The notes beneath the pieces were generated by a model. It worked only from the letters and a program-made list of their open reading frames with translations. It was not told the DNA's origin and made no database searches. A stretch of DNA of 64,000 nucleotides from Eledone cirrhosa (Eukaryota), in assembly GCA_964016885.1 (NCBI GenBank), contig OZ024742.1, forward strand, positions 294,314,001 through 294,378,000, written 5' to 3'. Each line of letters begins with the position of its first letter. Positions within the stretch are counted from its first letter, which is position 1. A program made the translations under genes and the position numbers. Below, one piece after another: positions 51,253 to 63,900 of the stretch.

Positions 51253-51643
51253 TGTTTCTACGTTAGGCACAAGGCCAGCAATAACCCAGTGTATTACTGG
51301 TACTTTATTTTATCGACCCCGTAAGGATGAAAGGCAAAGTTAACCTCGGCGGGATTTGAACTCAGAACGGCAAGGGCCATAGCTCTATGCGTCAAAGCAT
51401 AGCGTCCGACCCTCTACCAATACTGCCAATCCACCGCCTAAATGGAAAGTTAAATAATTGTTTCTATTTTAGGCACAAGGCCAGCAATTACCCAGTGCAT
51501 TACTGGTACTTTATTTTATCGACCCCGTAAGGATGAAAGGCAAAGTCAACCTCGGCGGGATTTGAACTCAGATCGTAAAGGGACGTAACTATGCTAGAAA
51601 GCATGGCGTCCGATCCTCTACTGATACTGCCAATCCACCGCCC
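51253..51643 (-). mobile_element. Two full-length SINEs of different subfamilies in tandem with a triplicated target site
   Basis: ATGGAAAGTTAAATAAT at 51236-51252, 51442-51458 and 51644-51660. Confidence 0.93.
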
Positions 51644-52196
51644 ATGGAAAGTTAAATAATGACACCTTGGGTGTCTTCTACTGTAACTTTGGGTTGACCA
51701 ATGCCTAGTGAGTGAAACTTGGTTGACAGAAACTGTGTAGAAGTGTGTGTGTGTGTGTTTGCATTTACTTAGAAAATTTGATCAATAGAGTAAATGCCAG
51801 GTTTGAAAAAAATAAGTACTGAACCCCTTCAATGTTGTACCTTACCATGGCTGCAGTCTAATGACTGAGACCATTAAAAAAATCAAAAGAATATTCACAT
51901 GATCTTTATTCACTTAATTTTCCTTCTCATTCCAATGACTAACAGTATTAGTAGTAGTAGTAGTAGTAGCAGCAGAGTATTTCTGACATATATTACTAAC
52001 TAGTGTCTCTACCACTGAATACCAGCTTCATAAACAATATATGCTGATGATTTATATCAGTAGCAAGAATTACACTGGGTATTGCTAAAAATAAGATCTC
52101 TGAAAGACGATTCCTTTTTATATCTACCAAATCTATATATACTGTCTCATGAGCCAATGATAGCTTTTATGTGGTTGTTCAACTTGTGTTAGAAAT

Positions 52197-52416
52197 AATG
52201 GTTTCTGATTTAGGCACAAGGCCAGTAATTTTGGAGTAGAAGAAAGTTGATTAAATCGACCCCAGTGCATAACTGGTACTTTATTTTATTGACCCCGTAA
52301 GGATGAAAGGCAAAGCTAACTTCAGTGGGATTTGAACTCAGAATGTAAAGGGCCATAACTCTATGCCGCAAAGCATGTTGTCCAACGTTCTACTGATACT
52401 ACCAATCTGCTGCCCT
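52197..52416 (-). mobile_element. Full-length SINE (long variant)
   Basis: Family core; flanked by TGTTA(G/A)AAATAAT duplication. Confidence 0.85.
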
Positions 52417-52539
52417 TGTTAAAAATAATAACAAAATCTCCTTCAAATCTAACTTTATTTGAACCCTATTATCACTATAGCCTCTTTGTCGGTATAGTTA
52501 ACTATAGGCCAATTTTCAAAAACAATATCAAAACATAAT

Positions 52540-52745
52540 CAATAAGCTGTATGTATCCAGTTAAGGATCGGTATACCATATCCTTGTATGTCATAAGAGG
52601 TGACTAAAAACATTGGTACCAGGATGGTATCTGGCTGTAAAACATTACTTCAAAAAAGAACCCATAGTGAGAAGTCTGTTTATGGGGCCTGCAAGGTTGA
52701 CTTCTGCTTGAACAAGAAGAAAAGTGACCTTAAAATTCTTGTAGA
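52540..52745 (+). mobile_element. Old SINE fragment with a Nin-domain-like motif
   Basis: TGTCATAAGAGGTGACTAAAA resembles the Nin-SINE core GTCGTAAGAGGCGACTAA (from memory), followed by AGGA.GG.ATC.GGCTGTAAAAC. Confidence 0.45.
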
Positions 52746-52797
52746 ATTCAAATAATATTTTCAGGCCAATATATCTCCTGTGTGGTGTTTTTGACTA

Positions 52798-53050
52798 CTA
52801 CCTGGTCTCGAAAAGTGCCCCACCCCCATCTGCTTGTTAATTTTCAGATTTTTTCCACCCCTACTACCTGCTTATTAATTTTTAAGATTTACCCCACCCC
52901 CACCTTCACTTATTAAATTTTGCTAATCTATCCCTAACAAAATTTTATTTTAAGGTGTAGCATTCCTGTGACAATTTTCTGTATACATTAAAAAACATTA
53001 TACAGTACATAAGTGGTGGTGGGGGTTGCGATTATTTATGAGACCCGAGA
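52798..53050. mobile_element. TA-flanked MITE of the 4180 family
   Basis: CACTTATTAAATTTTGCTAATCTATC shared; ends GAGACCCGAGAG|TA. Confidence 0.72.
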
Positions 53051-53400
53051 GTAGGTAATCCCTGTTACTAGGTCTATGGTACTCTGTAATATTGGCTGAG
53101 AGCAATCAACTATATTGTTATATTGTATATCTAGTGTAGACAACTCATCCTAGGGTTATGTTAACCTATATAACTAGCTGTAAGAGCAATCTATTCAATT
53201 GTATATCTAGAGTAGATAACTACTGATTCTAGGTCTATGGTTCTCTGCAATCATCATTTTACTTCTACTTTCCATGCTGGCACTAGTGCTCAAGTCTTCA
53301 GCCCACCACTGTCACATCTTTCTTCCACTTGGAACTTCTTGGAATGGAAGGAATAAAGATTTCTTTAAATTATCTTACTTGTAATAACTAATTATATATA

Positions 53401-55045
53401 TCACCATCATCATCACTGTTTTACGTCCGTTCTTCCACGCTAGCATGGGTTAGACGGGTTGTCCTGTTGTGGGCAGTGTCCGGTCGGCTGACCTTGTCTT
53501 GCTCATACAGGAACTGATTCTGGCTTGATTTCTACAGCTGGATGCTCTTCCTAACACCAACCTCATTTACAGTGAGTGCTGTGTCCTTTTTTTCCGTGGC
53601 TCCTACACATCCACTTTACAGTGTGGGCTGGGTGTTTTTTTGCTGTGGCACCTCCATGACCACTTTGCAGTGGGAGGGGGTGGGGGCGTATTGTCTATAT
53701 GCTTCAGCTTGTACCCGTGGGAAGTCGGGTACTCTGTATTACTGCATGATGCCAGAGGGCATGGTCGTGTGTCATTGCCTTTGAGAGGTACAATTGGGTA
53801 AGGTTGGCTTTTACCACCTCATCCCAGGTCTTGTTGGGTCTCCCCACTCCGTGGCTTCCATCGACTTTTAGTGCTCTGCACCTTTTTATGCAGCTGTCAT
53901 CCTTCATACGCATCACATGTCTATACCAACGCGACCTCCTCTCCTTCACACAGCATTTGATTCCTCTTATGCTCAGTCTCTCTCTCAATTCGTTTATGCT
54001 TTGCCGTTTGCGTATATTACTATTACACATCCATCGGAGCATGCAAGTTTCATTTCTTTCTAATCTACACAAGTCTTCTACAGACAGCGCCCAGGTCTCA
54101 CTACTATGTAGCATTGCTGTTCGTATACACACATCATACAGTCTGCCTTTCATTTTGAGGGAGAAGCCTTTTGCAGCTAGCAGTGGCAGTAGTTCCCTGA
54201 ACTTCTTCCATCCTATTCTTACCCTAGTTATTGTACTTTCTGAACACCCACCTCCGCTGCTAATTCGGTCACCTAGGTAGCAGAAGCTGTCTACTGTTTC
54301 TACAGAGCCCTCCCAGAGTTTGGTGGTGCTTGTTTCCTGTGGTCATTTGCTGCTTGCTGTCCTAGCGCAGTTGCTACATGTGAAGCCTACATTCTTAGTT
54401 AAGCTTCCTGAGATCCTACTACATCTCTTGTGTACCCATTGTTTGCATTTGGAGCAGAGGATGGAGTTCCTACCTACACCTTTCTTACATACTGAGCAAG
54501 GCCATTTCCCTGAGGGGATCTGGGTTCTGTTTTTTCGTCTACTTACGAGGACCTTAGTCTTTGTCAGGTTGACTTTGAGACCCTTTCTTTCTAGTCCCTG
54601 CTTCCAAGTTTGGAATTTCTTCTCTATTTCCACCATAGATTCAGCTATAAGTGTGAGATCATCCGCATATAGGAGTTTGCATGTTCATCTAGTCTTAAAC
54701 TCCCCCATTATTGCCTGCAAAACTGGGGGAGTTTAAGACTAGATGAACATGCAAACTCCTATATGCCGATGGGTAGAGGGTCGGACGCCATGCTTTGACG
54801 CATAGAGTTACGGCCCTTGCCATTCTGAGTTCAAATCTCGCCGAGGTTAACTTTGCCTTTCATCCTTACGGGGTCGATAAAATAAAGTACCAGTAATACA
54901 CTGGGTATTTGCTGGCCTTGTGTCAAAAGTAGAAACAATTATTGCCTGCAAAACTATAATGAACAGGAGAGAGCTAAGAACAGAGCTCTGGTGGATACCG
55001 ACCTGTATGCTAAATTCCTTGCTATAGTCATTGCTAACCCTAACT
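53401..55045 (-). mobile_element. 5'-truncated RTE LINE interrupted by a SINE insertion
   Basis: ORF pieces 53704-54153 and 54343-54636; homology to the 62230-62345 region resumes after 54955. Confidence 0.92.
54771..54937 (+). mobile_element. 5'-truncated SINE with an 18 bp target-site duplication
   Basis: ATTATTGCCTGCAAAACT at 54707-54724 and 54938-54955. Confidence 0.92.
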
Positions 55046-55569
55046 ATATATATAAAAAAGAGAGAGAGAAGAATAACTGAGCTTTTCGGGTTATAAATGA
55101 TTAAATCTTTGTGCAGACTCTATATTCTTTAGATTATTTTTAAGCAGTAGATATTGGGTTCATATGTGAATGCCAATGATAATACCTATGTCTTTAAGCG
55201 AGTCACTTCATTTCACATCGCTCCAGTCCACTCAGCTGTAAAAAAATGAATACCAACAGAAGCTGGGGTTGAATTCAATAATGGACTGGTGTCCAAGCAA
55301 GGCCAGGGGGCTTTCTTTCCATGATAGAACTAAAGCCCTATCATTAAAACACCAGAGAAACCTCATGACATGCAACCTCATAGGAGGTAAATCTTCACTG
55401 ATGTAAGCTGTAATAACACGATCAATGATACGTATGATTTGTTTTCTGTTTTACTGAAATGTATGTAAGGCAATAAACTGAATAGTGAAAGTGACTAGGT
55501 TGGCTGTTAAAAGCCAGGAAAGTATTGACTTGAAGATGAAAATAAAACATGAGACTAATTGATGTTTAA

Positions 55570-55774
55570 ACCTTTACCATTTAAACCAGCTGTATCCGGC
55601 CAAAATTCTCTCACCTCTTTCTGTTCGAACCTGTTATAACTTGCTACTTATACTGATGTTAAGGTTTTGTTCTCAAAATAAATATTAAAATCTCATAGAT
55701 TCAATATTATGTGAGATAAGACCTTTACCGTGAAAATACAATAATGTATATAGAGCAATGTAAATGCTAAAGGG
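55570..55774. mobile_element. piggyBac-type MITE
   Basis: TTAA|ACCTTTACCATTTA ... TAAATGCTAAAGGG|TTAA. Confidence 0.87.
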
Positions 55775-56189
55775 TTAAACCTTGTTAAAGTGAAACCATG
55801 GTCAAATAAAGAATATCTCTAGTTTATTGTCTTTGGGTAATGGCACAATTAATTGTATTTAAACCTAGCTGCTTGACTTTGTAGAATTATCTTTGTTAGT
55901 TTTGTGAGAGAGAGACCAACATTAGTGGCATTGTATCTAAGTAGGTGTGAGTAGTTGACTGATGAATATGTCATCAGACTATTCTATACACAATTGCCTG
56001 ATATAATGCTTGTATTTGTTGTTTCCATTCTTAAATGGAAGAAATTACATAGACCAACGTTGACACTTATCTTTAGTTGTAGCATGGCAACAGACACACC
56101 TGTTGGATTATATTTGCATTAACAAATACCTGAGTGAAACTCTTTCAATAAGTAAACTATAATAATTTATTGATCTAATTTATTGATTG

Positions 56190-56390
56190 TGAATAATGAT
56201 GTCTGATATAGGCACAAGGCCAGCAATTTAAAGGGGAAGGGAAAGTTGATTAAATCGACCCCTGTAAGGATGAAAGGCAAAGCTAAGCTCAGTGAGATTT
56301 GAACTCAGAACATATAGGGGGGGTAACTCTATGCTGCAAAGCATGGTGTCCGACGCTCTATCAATTCTACTGCCAGTCTACTGTTCTAGT
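56190..56390 (-). mobile_element. SINE (abundant family)
   Basis: Family core; flanked by a GA(T/C)TGTGAATAAT duplication. Confidence 0.8.
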
Positions 56391-56696
56391 GACTGTGAAT
56401 AATAAATGGTCTTAAGACATACATTATAAGGATTGTTTGAAGTTGTGTATGCAATTTGATTGTGTTAAGTCTTATTTCCTTTCAACAGAGATTCTCTCAG
56501 TGCCATTATTAGATTAATTCACATTTTGCAAATTAGATTCATTAATTTTTCCCCTTTTCATTGTGAACCAGTGTAATGTGATGTACTACTAAACATACCA
56601 TCAGCTTTTGTGAAATTTAACCCTTTTGTTATCATATTTCTAATGAAAGACACTGCCTATGATTTACAAATAATTTTGAAAATAATGTGTAACATC

Positions 56697-56942
56697 TGTC
56701 TTGAGCCTGGAGGCTCATCAGGCTGGTGCTTATCCTGGTTTCCGTGGCGTGACTTCCCCATTTCCTGGACAGGATACCAGTACATTGTAGGGTTAAATCC
56801 CCAGCTATGGCTGGTATTCATTTTCAGCTGAGTATTCTGGAGCAATGGGAAATAAAGTGTTTTGCTTAAGAACACAACCCAGTCCAAGAATGGAACCCAT
56901 GACCGTAAATCCAACACCCTTACCACTAGGCCTCATACCTTC
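56697..56942 (-). mobile_element. tRNA-derived SINE (29590 family)
   Basis: Minus strand GGCCTAGTGGTAAGGGTGTTGGA ... GGTTCCATTC ... GCCTGATGAGCCTCCAGGCTCAAGACAGA. Confidence 0.75.
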
Positions 56943-57129
56943 ACTAACTAACTTTGACATTAATAAACTGGTGTTTCAAGCATACAGACTCCATTGTTGC
57001 AATAAAAAATCTTTCTTTAAGTCTTCTGCTCATCTGTGGCATACTGACTAAGCAAATACCTTTCTCACCTGGAAGCTTTTTTAACTGCTTTCTGTCCAAG
57101 TACCTTGACATTTGAAGTTGTCCACTTCT

Positions 57130-57630
57130 TTGATGTAAATTCTCGTCTTAAATGTTATGCCGAAAGATCTATTGATTTGTAACTCTGCACTTCTGTAACA
57201 GTGGAGTCTGTTCTCTTGTATGAATCAGAAACATGTTGCATAACAAAGCAACTAGAAAATAGAATTGATAGTTGCTATACCAGACTGTTGCATATGGCAC
57301 TTAATGTTTTATGGAAACAGAAACTCAGCAGCAGAGAATCCTCTGCTGCTGAGTTTCTGTTTCCATAAAACATTAAGTGCCATATGCAACAGTCTGGTAT
57401 AGCAACAGCTTCCATTAGTAATGGAAAAGACTGAGGAGAATGAAACTTGTAGGTCAATATATGTTGGCCACCACGAGGAGATAGCAAGTGATCTTGTTCT
57501 GTGGGAACCATCAGATGGATGCACAGGCAGGGATAAAAGGAAAATAAATTACATTGGTTGTCTGCTAGAAGATACTAATGTGGATAGTGCAGGAGAGCTT
57601 AACACACTGATAGGGAGCTTGGGAAGGCAT
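57130..57630 (+). mobile_element. Old RTE-like LINE fragment containing a foldback
   Basis: TVESVLLYESETCCITKQLENRIDSCYTRLLHMALNVLWKQ ... HHEEIASDLVLWEP. Confidence 0.7.
57271..57406. repeat. Perfect hairpin, 66 bp arms, 4 nt loop (AATC)
   Basis: 57271-57336 is the exact reverse complement of 57341-57406. Confidence 0.96.
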
Positions 57631-59039
57631 GTGTAAAGACAAATGAGCAAGTTGGAAGTTGGCATAGATAGATTAGAGCATAGCTTAACCTCTAAACCAT
57701 TACTAATTCTACAATACAAAGCTGTTTGATTTAAAGTGTTCATATTTAAATTAAAACTTTCCAACAATTTTTGTAAGGAAATTTTCTTCTCTTTCAAACA
57801 TTTCCTTAAAAATAAAAAAAAGAAGTTAATTTACTAAATTTCTCTTGATTATTTTGAAAATTAATTGAAAAATCATAGACAGTGTATTTCATTAGAAATG
57901 TCTGTGAAAGGGTTGACAAAATTCTGACATGAAATTATGATAAAAGTTTTTTTGATAAATATAAATACTTAAAATTTAACAGTCTAGTATCATAGAACCA
58001 GGGGTGGTTTCAACCAGTTTGGTATCTAGGGTTAAGAGGTTTCTTAACTTTGCAGTATTTTTGAAAAATCTCCTTTTCTAGCAATGTTACTGTTTAAGTC
58101 TGACAAACTCTGAAAGATGCCAATTAATGGTAAGAGATGAGAAAGTTGTTAAAGTGACACTTGACAGCTAAAAAATGTGTGCAAAGGATGATTGAGGTTT
58201 TAGAAGTTTTAACATTCTGCTTAAAATTAGTTCACTTTGAAGTTATAACATACTGAAAGTTGATTTTAGACATCGTTTTTTTTTTTTTACTGTTTAGTCA
58301 GAGAGGAAAGGGCTGTAGCCTTGACCTTTTAAGAGGGATTGATGGAGGAAGGTATCCTTAAAAAGGGGGACTGTGAAGACCTGGGGTTTGTGTGTAGGAC
58401 TCAGGATCACAATGTTGTGGGTTTGATTCCTAGAATAGTTGGTGCATTGTGTTCTTGAGCAAGATGCTTCATTTCACATTGCTTTTCATGATTGGACAGA
58501 GGACCCTATCATTAAAACACTCAAGAAACATCCTATAAGATGTAACTTTGTAAGAAGCTTGTTAAAGCTGCATAGGTGCGAGCTGTAAATTTCATTTTTT
58601 TTAAAAATTCAAACAGGAGACTTAGTTTGAAAGCTTGCAATAGTATGGACCATGCTAAAGACACTCAAGGGCTTTATGGTGCTGTTAAACTGGACAATAG
58701 ATTAAGTCTATCACTTGGTTCCAAAACAGATAGCATTTTAGGATATATATATATATCTTTTCTTTTCAGTGGCTGATAATACCTTATCAGCACCACTCGA
58801 ATAAGGTAATTATTTAACCCATAACAGGTATTACTACGCCGAGTCAGAGCAGACCTGGGAGTTATGACAACTAACGGGTAACTCCACATTCCCCACAGCT
58901 CTTGAACTCCCAAACTGGAGCCTTGCCACTGGATGTAGTTTAATGTCATATCCAGGACAAATATATATATATGTATATATATATATAAATCTTTTGTTGA
59001 TGTTTAACTCCAGTTCAATCTTTATCTAGTAGACCTTTG

Positions 59040-59810
59040 ATCAAATGTGTTCTAGTCATAGCTATCATCTTTTTAAGGGTATCTAGTACTGTCTTATCTA
59101 ACATTCCTTTCATATTTTTTAAAAAGATGATGGGGGTATTTTATTGGGTTGAGAGACCATGTAAATGTTCTTTCATGCAATTATTTTGCTCTTTGGACCA
59201 CATTATCTAATGTTTTCCTTTCTTTTTAAAATGGTAGTAGGTAATTTGAGAGAGATTTGACTGCTATTTTCAGAGGTTTGAGGGACCATGTATAGGTTCC
59301 CTTATATAATTATTTTACATCCAATACATTCTATATCTAGAACCACAATATTTAATATTCCTTTTTCTTTTTAAGGTGGCAGGGTATAATTTGAGAGAGA
59401 TTTGCCTGCTATCTATTGTGGGTTAGAGAGATCATGTAGAGGTACCCTCATATAATTATTTTATATCTAGGACCACATTATCCAATGTCTCTTTCTTTTT
59501 TAAGATGGTAGAGAGAGATTTGTCGTTGTTGTTATGGCTCACGCTTGCATAGGTTTAACAGGCCTCCTTTGAGGTTGCATCTTATAGGTTTCTTCAGTGT
59601 TTTCATAATGGCACTAATCCTTTCATGTTGAAAGAGAAAAATTTGAGGGAGATTGAACTATTTATCTAGTTGAGAGACCAGGTAGAGGTATTCTCATGTA
59701 ATTAAGTGACATCTAGGACCACATTTAATGTTCCCTTTCTTTTCAAGTTGGTGAGGGAGTGAAATGAGGGAGATTTAACTGCTATTTTGACTTTACTATG
59801 TAGAGGTATC
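59040..59810 (+). repeat. Degenerate tandem array of a ~130 bp interspersed repeat
   Basis: TAGGACCACATTATC...AATTTGAGAGAGATTTG.CTGCTAT...GAGACCATGTAGAGGT recurs about 5 times; dispersed single copies at about 25360, 25830 and 35010. Confidence 0.7.
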
Positions 59811-60130
59811 TTGTAATTTACTTTAGCTGTTTTTCTACTATTTGTTGTCTTCCTTTCTTCCCTGTTCTCTATATCCCTCTCTCTCTCTGCATACCCCTTC
59901 TGCTCTGTGTCTCTCTCTCTCTCTCTGTCTGAATCTCCTCTCACTTATAATTAAAGTGGTTTTAATGAAGGCATCAGTTTACAGTGATACAAAGTAACTG
60001 TAAATGTTTTGTAATGAGCTGCCATGGACTTTTATTGTCAAGCTCTTTAAACAGTTAGATGGACCAAGATAGTATTTAACCATTTTGATACCAAACCACC
60101 TATGATACAAAACTGTTTTATTTAAGAGGA

Positions 60131-60401
60131 ATCTGAGGTGCAGGAGAGAGGACTACGTTGGCATGGACATGTGAGGCACATGGACCAATGGGTGAAGCAA
60201 TGCCAGGAAATCCCAGTGGAAGGAAGCCGCAGTAGAGGACGACCAAGAAAGACCTGGGCAGAGGTTGTGAGAGCTGACCTCAAATCGCTAGACTCGCAGA
60301 GGGAATGACGAAGGAACGCAATAAGTGGAGAGATGCTGGGATGAGAAGTGCCCGTCCAACCCTTGCAAGCATGGAAAAATGGACGTAAAACAATGATGAT
60401 A
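60131..60401 (+). mobile_element. RTE LINE 3' fragment (short-UTR subfamily)
   Basis: VQERGLRWHGHVRHMD...RGRPRKTWAEVV; ends GCAAGCATGGAAAAATGGACGTAAAACAATGATGAT. Confidence 0.8.
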
Positions 60402-60439
60402 TTTATCTAAAAACCTTTCATCTCCATTTTATGTAAGAA

Positions 60440-60870
60440 CTAGCAGTGGTACCCGGCGTTGCACGGGATAAGGTATTGTGAAATATATAACCGCCTTAGC
60501 TAAGCTTAGTATAACCACAATCACGGCTGGCAAAGAAGTAAGGGTCTGGTGGTACGTAAGTAAGCAACACAAAAATGTGAGGAAGAAGTTGTGTGCACTT
60601 ACCAACTGTTTGGGGAATGAGTGTGAGATTTGTCTTGAGCAAGGGTGGCAGATTAAGCGGTAGCAGCAGACAGCTAGACATACTGACAGATATTATAAGG
60701 GCGCGTTCTGGATGCAGAGTGAATTGTAGGAAGTGACGTAATGCAGACAGCCAGACAGATATTATAAGAGCGCGACGTTATATGTATGTATCTATCTAAA
60801 AAGAGAAAGACTAAGAATTATAGAGAGAGATCGCTAAATCGCCTAATGCAGTCCCTAGGGCATTGAAAAT
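60440..60870 (-). mobile_element. Non-autonomous Helitron, 3' part
   Basis: Minus strand ends CCCGTGCAACGCCGGG (hairpin)-TACCACTG-CTAG|T, the canonical Helitron 3' signature. Confidence 0.8.
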
Positions 60871-60910
60871 ATGATCATCTGATTCTATGATACATAACTA
60901 CTCGAAGTGT

Positions 60911-60911
<1 letters not shown>

Positions 60912-60950
<39 letters not shown>

Positions 60951-63900
60951 CCATTTTACGTCCGTTCTTCCACGCTAGCATGGGTTAGACGGGTTGTCCT
61001 GTTGTGGGCAGTGTCTGGTCGGCTGACCATGCCTTGCTCATACAGGAACTGATTTGGCTTGATTTCTACAGCTGGATGCCCTTCCTAACACCAACCTCAT
61101 TTACAGTGAGTGCTGGGTGCTTTTTCGTGGCGCCTACACGTCCACTTTACAGTGTGGGCTGGGTACTTTTTTGCCGTGGCACCTCCACAACCACCTTGCA
61201 GTGGGAGGGTGTGGGGCATATTGTCTATATGCTTCAGCTTGTACCCATGGGAGGTCAGGTACTCTGTATTACTGCGTGACGCCAGAGGTCACGGTCGTGT
61301 GTCATCACCTTTGAGAGGTCTAATTGGGTAAGGTCGGCTTTTATCACCTCATCCCAGGTCATCTTGGGTCTCCCCACTCCGCGGTTTCCATTGACTTCTA
61401 GTGCTCTGCACCTTTTTATGCAGCTGTCATCCTTCATACGCATCACATGTCCATACCAACGCAACTGCCTCTCCTGCACACAGCATTTGATTCCTCTTAT
61501 GCTCAGTCTCTCTCTCAATTCATTTATGCTTTGTCGTTCGCGTATATTACTATTACACATCCATCGGAGCATGCAGGCTTCGTTTCTCTCTAATCTACGT
61601 AAGTCTTCCATCTTCAGCACCCAGGTCTCACTACCATGTAACATTGCTGTTCGGATACACGCATCATACAGTCTGCCTTTCATTTTGAGGGAGAAGCCTT
61701 TTGCAGCTAGCAGTGGCAGTAGTTCCCTGAACTTCTTCCATCCCGTTCTTACCCTAGTTATTGTACTTTCTGAACACCCACCTCCACTGCTAATTCGGTC
61801 ACCTAGGTAGCAGAAGCTGTCTACTGTCTCTACAAAGCCCTCCCAAAGATTGGTGGTACTTGTTTCCTGTGGCTGTTTGCTGCTTGCTGTCCCAGTACAG
61901 CTGCTGCATGTGAAGCCTACATTCTTAATTAAGCTTCCTGAGATCCCGCTACATCTCTTGTGTACCCATTGTTTGCATTTGGGGCAGATAATGGAGTTCC
62001 TACCTACACCTTTCCTACATACTGAGCAAGGCCATTTCCCTGAGGGGATCTGGGTTCTGTTTTCTCGTCTACTTACAAGGACCTTAGTCTTTGTCATGTT
62101 GACTTTGAGACCCTTTCTTTCTAGTCCCTGCTTCCATGTTTGGAATTTCTTCTCTAGTTCTACCATAGATTCAGCTATAAGTGCGAGGTCACCAGCATAC
62201 AGGAGTTCCCATGGGCATCCGGTCTTAAACTCCTCCGTTATTGCCTGCAGGACTATGATGAATAGGAGAGGGCTAAGAACAGAGCCCGGGTGGACCCCAA
62301 CCTGTACGCTTAATTCCTCGCTATACTCATTGCTAATTCTAACTTTGCTGACTGCTCTCCTATACATGGCTTGTACAGCTTTCACAAGCCATTCATCTAC
62401 TCCTAGTTTTCTAAGAGCCCACCAGATTACAGCACGTGGAACTCTGTCAAAGGCTTTCTCGAGATCGACGAATGTCAGGTAGAGTGACTTACTTTTAGCT
62501 AGGTACTTTTCCTGTAACTGCCTCACAAGGTGGTTATAGTGTGACCTACAGACCCAGATGCCTTCAGCATCTCGGCAGCTATACCCGATGGACCGGTTGC
62601 CTTCCCCATCTTCATATCTTTGATTGCCTTACTTACTACGCTGCTGCTGACTTGTACTGCTGGCCCCTCTATAGGGTCTACTTGGGGTAGGGTCTCTTCT
62701 TCCCATGCATTCTCCTCATTTAGTAATCTATCATAATGACTCTTCCATGCATCTTTCTTCTCAGCACTTGTGAGGGCAAGCTCACCTTTATCATTCCGGA
62801 TACACTTCTCTCCAATGACATCACAATTCTCTCTGACACACTGCCTCGCAATCTTGAACACCTCCTGTTTCTGGTCCTCACGTTGCAAAACATGCTTGAA
62901 TTTTTTCTATCCTCTGCTTCCCTCCTAGCTAAGTATACTTGTCGCCTAGCTTCCCTCTTGGTCTCTATGTAATGTACCCTGCTCCCCCCGTTCTTCCATT
63001 CTTTCCATGCCTGTCTCTTGGCCTTAACTGCCTCATCTACCTTATTGTTCCACCACCAAGTCACTCTCCTCCTGCTTGTGGTCTTACTCCAGCCACAGAC
63101 CTCATCCGTCGCCTCTAGTAAGTTATTTTTTAGGAACTCCCAGTGCTCTTCTACATTGAATGTCTCTATCTCTCTATCTGTTCTTCTTTACTGTCGTAGG
63201 CGTTGAGTAAAATATCTTTAAACCTGTTACTGGCTGAGGGATCTTTCAGCTTCCAGGTTGGCCTCTGTTTCCATGTTCATCTAGTTCTGACCATGAGGTC
63301 GCTGACAACTAAGCTATGTTGGGAGGTACATTCCTCACTAGGGAAGGCTTTTGTGTTTACGACCGTCCATCTGTCACGTCCTCTGATGAGGATAAAATCT
63401 ATCTGACTAGAATGCTCCCCTGATCTATAGGTGATCAGGTGGTTGTCGGGTTTTTTGAAGTTTGTGTTACATATCGACATATCATTGGCTCGCAGAATTC
63501 TAGAAGTCTGAATCCTTCATTTCTTGTGCCAACCCCATGGCCTCCATGGACTCTATTGAAGCCGACACAGTGTTTACCTACATTTCCGTTAAAATCTCCT
63601 GCGATGATTAGGAAGTCATTGTCGTTTGTTAGAGCAGTAGTGTGCATTAGGGACTCGTAAAATCTATCCTTAAGTTCGTCTGGCAACCCCGATTGGGGTG
63701 CGTAAGCTGATATTATTGTGGTAATTGTTTTATTCAGGACTAGTCTGAGTTTAATGATTCTTGCATTTATCCTGTACACTGAGATTACTTTATTTACCCA
63801 CTTGTCAGCTAGTAGTATACCTACACCACCCATCCCATCGTCATTTCCCACCCAGAAAAATTTGTAGCACCGACTTTTTCCTACAAGGACTCTAGCAGAC

